This document shows positions 16,035 to 20,880 of a DNA stretch of 20,880 nt, one piece after another. Under the pieces are notes generated by a model that ran no database searches, was not told the DNA's origin, and saw nothing but the letters and a program-made list of their open reading frames with translations. The DNA is from a virus (taxonomy: Duplodnaviria; Heunggongvirae; Uroviricota; Caudoviricetes), in IMG/VR virus record IMGVR_UViG_3300029080_000072; one strand, 5' to 3'. Within the stretch, counting starts at the first letter, position 1, and every line of letters begins with the position of its first letter. Both the position numbers and the translations under genes were made by a program.

Positions 16035-16820
16035 ATGAGTACAGCACTCGCAACGCTGGCAGGGAAGCTGGCTGAACGTGTCGGCATGGATTCTGTCGAC
16101 CCACAGGAACTGATCACCACTCTTCGCCAGACGGCATTTAAAGGTGATGCCAGCGATGCGCAGTTCATCGCATTGTTGATCGTCGCCAACCAGTACGGCC
16201 TTAATCCGTGGACGAAAGAAATTTACGCCTTCCCTGATAAGCAGAACGGCATTGTTCCGGTGGTGGGCGTTGATGGCTGGTCCCGCATCATCAATGAAAA
16301 CCAGCAGTTTGATGGTATGGACTTTGAGCAGGACAATGAATCCTGTACATGCCGGATTTACCGCAAGGACCGCAATCATCCGATCTGCGTCACCGAGTGG
16401 ATGGATGAATGCCGCCGCGAACCATTCAAAACCCGCGAAGGCAGAGAAATCACGGGGCCGTGGCAGTCGCATCCCAAACGGATGTTACGGCATAAAGCCA
16501 TGATTCAGTGTGCCCGTCTGGCCTTCGGATTTGCTGGTATCTATGACAAGGATGAAGCCGAGCGCATTGTCGAAAATACCGCATACACTGCAGAACGTCA
16601 GCCGGAACGCGACATCACTCCGGTTAACGATGAAACCATGCAGGAGATTAACACTCTGCTGATTGCCCTGGATAAAACATGGGATGACGACTTATTGCCG
16701 CTCTGTTCCCAGATATTTCGCCGCGACATTCGCGCATCGTCAGAACTGACACAGGCCGAAGCAGTGAAAGCTCTTGGATTCCTGAAACAGAAAGCCTCTG
16801 AGCAGAAGGTGGCTGCATGA
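16035..16820 (+). CDS. bet: Bet (Red-beta) single-strand annealing protein
   Basis: 261 aa, [69 protein letters not shown]..., essentially identical to lambda Bet. Confidence 0.95.
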   Translation: MSTALATLAGKLAERVGMDSVDPQELITTLRQTAFKGDASDAQFIALLIVANQYGLNPWTKEIYAFPDKQNGIVPVVGVDGWSRIINENQQFDGMDFEQDNESCTCRIYRKDRNHPICVTEWMDECRREPFKTREGREITGPWQSHPKRMLRHKAMIQCARLAFGFAGIYDKDEAERIVENTAYTAERQPERDITPVNDETMQEINTLLIALDKTWDDDLLPLCSQIFRRDIRASSELTQAEAVKALGFLKQKASEQKVAA

Positions 16821-17497
16821 CACCGGACATTATCCTGCAGCGTACCGGGATCGACGTGAGAGCTGTCGAACAGGGAGATGATGCGTGGAACAAATTACGA
16901 CTCGGCGTCATCACGGCTTCAGAAGTTCACAATGTGATAGCAAAACCCCGCTCCGGTAAAAAGTGGCCTGACATGAAAATGTCCTACTTTCACACCCTGC
17001 TGGCTGAGATTTGCACCGGTGTGGCTCCGGAAGTTAACGCTAAGGCGCTGGCCTGGGGAAAACAGTACGAGAATGACGCCAGAGCCCTGTTTGAGTTTAC
17101 TTCCGGCGTGAATGTTACTGAATCCCCGATCATCTATCGCGACGAAAGTATGCGCACCGCCTGCTCTCCCGATGGTTTATGCAGTGACGGCAACGGCCTT
17201 GAGCTGAAATGCCCGTTTACCTCCCGGGATTTCATGAAGTTCCGGCTCGGTGGTTTCGAGGCCATAAAGTCGGCTTACATGGCCCAGGTGCAGTACAGCA
17301 TGTGGGTGACACGAAAAGATGCCTGGTACTTTGCCAACTATGACCCGCGTATGAAGCGTGAAGGACTGCATTATGTCGTGGTTGAGCGGGATGAAAAGTA
17401 CATGGCGAGTTTTGACGAGATGGTGCCGGAGTTCATCGAAAAAATGGACGAGGCACTGGCTGAAATTGGTTTTGTATTTGGGGAGCAATGGCGATGA
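16817..17497 (+). CDS. exo: Lambda exonuclease (Red-alpha)
   Basis: 226 aa, [54 protein letters not shown]..., essentially identical to lambda Exo. Confidence 0.95.
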   Translation: MTPDIILQRTGIDVRAVEQGDDAWNKLRLGVITASEVHNVIAKPRSGKKWPDMKMSYFHTLLAEICTGVAPEVNAKALAWGKQYENDARALFEFTSGVNVTESPIIYRDESMRTACSPDGLCSDGNGLELKCPFTSRDFMKFRLGGFEAIKSAYMAQVQYSMWVTRKDAWYFANYDPRMKREGLHYVVVERDEKYMASFDEMVPEFIEKMDEALAEIGFVFGEQWR

Positions 17498-17652
17498 CGC
17501 ATCCTCACGATAATATCCGGGTAGGCGCGATCACTTTCGTCTACTCCATTACAAAGCGAGGCTGGGTATTTCCCGGCCTTTCTGTTATCAGAAATCCACT
17601 GAAAGCACAGCGGCTGGCTGAGAAGATAAATAATAAACAGGAGGATATATGA
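17494..17652 (+). CDS. Unannotated 52-aa micro-ORF translationally coupled between exo and the DGQHR gene
   Basis: ATG overlaps the exo stop (ATGA at 17494-17497) and its TGA overlaps the DGQHR ATG (ATGA at 17649-17652); product [52 protein letters not shown]; below the ORF-track size cutoff. Confidence 0.4.
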   Translation: MTHPHDNIRVGAITFVYSITKRGWVFPGLSVIRNPLKAQRLAEKINNKQEDI

Positions 17653-18713
17653 GTCAGGTTGGTAATCATTCATTCGAATTTCCGGCATCGCAAGGTGTAC
17701 AGGGTGGTACTGTTACACTCTTCCTTACCATACCAGGAAGATCGCTGGCTCGTTTCCTCGCTTCAGATAATTACGGCCATACACTGGAACGCTCTCAGCG
17801 AGAAATTAATCCAAATCGAGTACGAAAATTTTTAAATTATCTCACTAACGCAGACTCAAGAAATGAGTCTTTTATCATTCCCCCTCTCGTAGGTAACTGT
17901 GATTCGAATATAGAATTTGTACCGTTTGGCAACACAAATGTTGGTATAGCCAGAATTCCCCTCGACGCCGAAATAAAACTTTTTGATGGCCAACATCGTG
18001 CAGCTGGCATTGAGATATTTTGCCGAAGTTCCCCATCAACGCTCATGGTTCCCATGATGCTTACAATGAATCTGCCGCTAAAAACCCGGCAGCAGTTCTT
18101 TTCGGACATAAATAACAACGTTTCTAAGCCATCAGCGACCATCAATATGGCGTATAACGGCCGGGATGATATTGCTCAGGGAATGATATCCTTCCTGACC
18201 CAACATACTGTATTTGCCGATATAACCGATTTTGAACACAACGTAGTGCCATTAAAAAGTAATATGTGGGTGAGTTTCAAGGCACTCACTGATGCAACGT
18301 CAAAGTTTGCTAGGAACGGCAATCAACAACTTGAAATGGGATATATAGAATCTGTCTGGGAGGCATGGATTACACTAACTCAGATTGACTCAATCCGACA
18401 TGGTGTACACCACGCTACGTACAAGCGCGATTATATTCAGTTCCATGGAGTAATGATTAACGCTTTCGGTTTTGCGGTTCAACAGATGATGGTTAATCAT
18501 TCCATCGCAGAAATAACTTCTATGATCGAAAAACTCTGTGCAACTACCAGCTCTGCAGAAAGAGAGGATTTTTTTCTGATGGATAACTGGGCGGGGATCT
18601 GCACGAAAGCCAGCCAGGAAAAACTATCGGTTATTGCCAATGTGGCAGCGCAGAAAGCAGCAGCAAACAGACTGATACAAGCTTTTACCAAAGGAAGTCT
18701 GGAAACAACTTAA
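17649..18713 (+). CDS. DGQHR-domain (DndB-like, ParB/Srx-fold) protein
   Basis: Contains the literal motif FDGQHRAAGIE preceded by a region resembling what I recall of DndB-like proteins; AGGAGG 5 nt upstream of the ATG. Confidence 0.7.
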   Translation: MSQVGNHSFEFPASQGVQGGTVTLFLTIPGRSLARFLASDNYGHTLERSQREINPNRVRKFLNYLTNADSRNESFIIPPLVGNCDSNIEFVPFGNTNVGIARIPLDAEIKLFDGQHRAAGIEIFCRSSPSTLMVPMMLTMNLPLKTRQQFFSDINNNVSKPSATINMAYNGRDDIAQGMISFLTQHTVFADITDFEHNVVPLKSNMWVSFKALTDATSKFARNGNQQLEMGYIESVWEAWITLTQIDSIRHGVHHATYKRDYIQFHGVMINAFGFAVQQMMVNHSIAEITSMIEKLCATTSSAEREDFFLMDNWAGICTKASQEKLSVIANVAAQKAAANRLIQAFTKGSLETT

Positions 18714-18790
18714 TGAATCAACATTGTCTCATATCAGCATGCTGTACGGCGTCTTTAAGGAACGGTGAGCATGAAAAACAAAATCATCAT

Positions 18791-18812
18791 GGAGCTACAG
18801 GCTCCTTTTTTA
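18791..18812 (+). terminator. Rho-independent terminator after the DGQHR gene
   Basis: ggagc-tacag-gctcc hairpin followed by tttttt. Confidence 0.55.
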
Positions 18813-18866
18813 TTATTCGCATTCACCCTCAAGCGTATTAACCAACAATTCAGGGATTAATGAAAG

Positions 18867-19085
18867 ATGGCAGACATCATTGATTCAGCATCAGAAATTG
18901 AAGAATTACAGCGCAACACAGCAATAAAAATGCGCCGCCTGAACCACCAGGCTATATCTGCCACTCATTGTTGTGAGTGTGGCGATCCGCTAGATGAACG
19001 AAGACGCCTGGCCGTTCAGGGTTGTCGGACTTGTGCAAGTTGCCAGGAGGAGATCGAACTTAAGAACAAACAATGGGGACTGTGA
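18867..19085 (+). CDS. TraR/DksA-family C4 zinc-finger protein
   Basis: CCECGDPLDERRRLAVQGCRTCASCQEE four-cysteine motif in a 72-aa protein. Confidence 0.8.
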   Translation: MADIIDSASEIEELQRNTAIKMRRLNHQAISATHCCECGDPLDERRRLAVQGCRTCASCQEEIELKNKQWGL

Positions 19086-19132
19086 TGGCCTCAAAGCAGC
19101 AAATTTCAACATCGTCCAACTGAGGTGTAAAA

Positions 19133-19372
19133 ATGTTCAGAATCATTTTTCCTAACACCTGGTACGTCGACCACCACGGCACTCCCTGCAAAATCCTGCG
19201 TTCTACCCACAACAAAGTTCACTACATCCGAAAAGGCAGAACATGTATCGCCAGCATGTTCCGCTTTAATCATGACTTTGAACCTGTGAATAAAGCTGAT
19301 GCAGATCGGATAGCAGAAGAGATCGAAACGGCAGAACACATTAAGAAGTTACGTGCCATACGCAGGAAATAG
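19133..19372 (+). CDS. Hypothetical 79-aa protein
   Basis: ORF in the accessory region between the red genes and xis; no family recognised. Confidence 0.45.
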   Translation: MFRIIFPNTWYVDHHGTPCKILRSTHNKVHYIRKGRTCIASMFRFNHDFEPVNKADADRIAEEIETAEHIKKLRAIRRK

Positions 19373-19511
19373 AAAAATTGATAAATTCAATACTGCATTT
19401 CTCAGCATTAAATTTATCTCTATGACCAGTCAAGAGATGTACCTGCCATGAGCTTAATATCATGTCAGATATATCGGTCACAAACTCCCTCAGCAGCTAA
19501 GAGGAGGACAA

Positions 19512-19748
19512 ATGTCTCGACTAATCACTTTACAGGACTGGGCTAAAGAAGAATTTGGGGACTTAGCACCAAGTGAGCGAGTTCTGAAAAAATACGCGCA
19601 AGGGAAAATGATGGCCCCACCCGCTATAAAAGTTGGTCGCTACTGGATGATTGACCGAAATTCCCGTTTTGTAGGAACGCTGGCAGAACCGCAACTCCCA
19701 ATAAACGCAAACCCAAAACTCCAACGGATAATCGCTGATGGCTGCTAG
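19512..19748 (+). CDS. xis: Excisionase (Xis-like)
   Basis: 78 aa, LITLQDWAKEE...PPAIKVGRYWMIDRNSRFVG pattern resembles lambda Xis (LTLQEW...PPPVKDGREYLF); strong AGAGGAGG Shine-Dalgarno; 3' end overlaps the int start. Confidence 0.7.
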   Translation: MSRLITLQDWAKEEFGDLAPSERVLKKYAQGKMMAPPAIKVGRYWMIDRNSRFVGTLAEPQLPINANPKLQRIIADGC

Positions 19749-20880
19749 ACCCCGATCTCACAAAATCTCTATACCCAATTTATATTGCAAATTAGATAAG
19801 CGAACCGGAAAGGTATATTGGCAATACAAACATCCACTATCCGGTCGTTTTCATAGCTTAGGAACTGATGAGAATGAAGCAAAACAAGTTGCTACTGAAG
19901 CAAATACCATTATTGCTGAACAACGTACCAGACAAATATTAAGCGTCAATGAGCGTCTGGAAAGAATGAAAGGCAGGCGCTCAGACATTACGGTGACAGA
20001 ATGGCTTGATAAATATATTTCTATCCAGGAGGACAGGCTGCAACATAATGAACTAAGACCCAACTCCTATCGGCAAAAAGGCAAACCCATTCGTCTTTTC
20101 CGTGAGCATTGTGGAATGCAACACCTCAAGGATATTACCGCACTTGATATTGCCGAAATAATTGATGCTGTAAAGGCTGAAGGTCATAACAGGATGGCGC
20201 AAGTCGTGAGAATGGTGTTGATCGACGTCTTCAAAGAAGCACAACACGCAGGACATGTTCCGCCAGGATTTAACCCAGCGCAGGCAACAAAACAACCGCG
20301 AAATCGAGTAAACCGCCAAAGATTGTCACTGCCCGAATGGCAGGCAATATTTGAAAGCGTAAGCAGACGGCAGCCCTATTTAAAATGCGGCATGCTACTT
20401 GCTCTTGTTACTGGACAACGTTTAGGCGATATCTGCAATTTGAAATTCTCTGATATATGGGACGACATGTTGCACATTACTCAGGAAAAAACCGGTTCAA
20501 AACTTGCTATTCCGCTTAACCTGAAATGCGATGCTCTGAATATTACCCTTCGTGAAGTTATATCTCAGTGCAGGGATGCTGTTGTTAGTAAATATCTGGT
20601 CCATTACCGTCACACTACCTCTCAAGCAAACAGAGGAGACCAGGTTTCTGCAAATACTCTGACAACGGCTTTTAAAAAGGCCAGGGAAAAATGTGGCATA
20701 AAATGGGAGCAAGGAACTGCGCCCACATTTCATGAGCAGCGATCTCTGTCAGAACGGTTATATCGGGAACAGGGTCTGGATACGCAAAAGTTGTTAGGCC
20801 ATAAATCCAGAAAAATGACCGACCGATACAATGATGATCGTGGTAAAGACTGGGTTATCGTAGATATCAAAACAGCATAG
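19738..20880 (+). CDS. int: Tyrosine integrase (lambda Int family)
   Basis: N-terminal MAARPRSHK...PNLY and C-terminal ...HEQRSLSERLYREQG...LLGHKSRKMTDRYNDDRGKDWVIVD parallel lambda Int (GRRRSH ... HELRSLSARLY ... LLGHKSDTMASQYRDDRGREW); stop is the last codon of the window. Confidence 0.9.
   Translation: MAARPRSHKISIPNLYCKLDKRTGKVYWQYKHPLSGRFHSLGTDENEAKQVATEANTIIAEQRTRQILSVNERLERMKGRRSDITVTEWLDKYISIQEDRLQHNELRPNSYRQKGKPIRLFREHCGMQHLKDITALDIAEIIDAVKAEGHNRMAQVVRMVLIDVFKEAQHAGHVPPGFNPAQATKQPRNRVNRQRLSLPEWQAIFESVSRRQPYLKCGMLLALVTGQRLGDICNLKFSDIWDDMLHITQEKTGSKLAIPLNLKCDALNITLREVISQCRDAVVSKYLVHYRHTTSQANRGDQVSANTLTTAFKKAREKCGIKWEQGTAPTFHEQRSLSERLYREQGLDTQKLLGHKSRKMTDRYNDDRGKDWVIVDIKTA

Larger units (their letters stand above)
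1..20880. mobile_element. Defective (cryptic) lambdoid prophage: int/xis, red genes, immunity region, O/P, nin region, Q, lysis cassette, cos, nu1, truncated A fused to lom, stf
   Basis: Gene order and orientation follow the lambda map throughout; many products are near-identical to lambda or DLP12 proteins as I remember them; head and tail genes between A and lom are missing. Confidence 0.9.

Noticed and set aside
15996-16472. 158-aa minus-strand ORF
   Set aside because: Antisense shadow of bet, which is near-identical to lambda Bet.
18771-18860. 29-aa ORF MKNKIIMELQAPFLLFAFTLKRINQQFRD
   Set aside because: Its coding sequence contains the terminator hairpin and T-tract; more likely a non-coding terminator region.

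Overview
The window is a near end-to-end slice of a defective lambdoid prophage in an E. coli-like genome, with the late operon on the minus strand and the early-left operon on the plus strand. Reading from high to low coordinates: int and xis; accessory genes (TraR/DksA-like zinc finger, a DGQHR/DndB-like protein); lambda-like exo, bet and gam; an immunity region with cI plus a two-gene cassette at the rex position; cro; a cII-position gene; O (with ori iterons) and P; a Dam-like methyltransferase broken by an in-frame stop; an AT-rich two-gene cargo cassette (unassigned 343-aa protein overlapping a NADAR/YbiA-like hydrolase); ybcN-ninE-ybcO-rusA-Q; a convergent porin moron (nmpC/lc-like); a phage-21-type lysis cassette (pinholin, SAR endolysin, Rz/Rz1); bor; cos; nu1; then a deletion scar fusing the first ~85 codons of terminase A to the 3' part of lom, followed by stf. 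All head and tail genes between A and lom are absent, so the element is cryptic. The most interesting signal is the AT-rich 343-aa + NADAR pair in the nin-region hotspot, which I cannot assign to any described system. Secondary candidates are the cI-linked cassette and the DGQHR gene. All assignments come from reading translations and motifs by eye and from remembered family sequences; no database search was run. The att sites lie outside the window (int ends at the last base).
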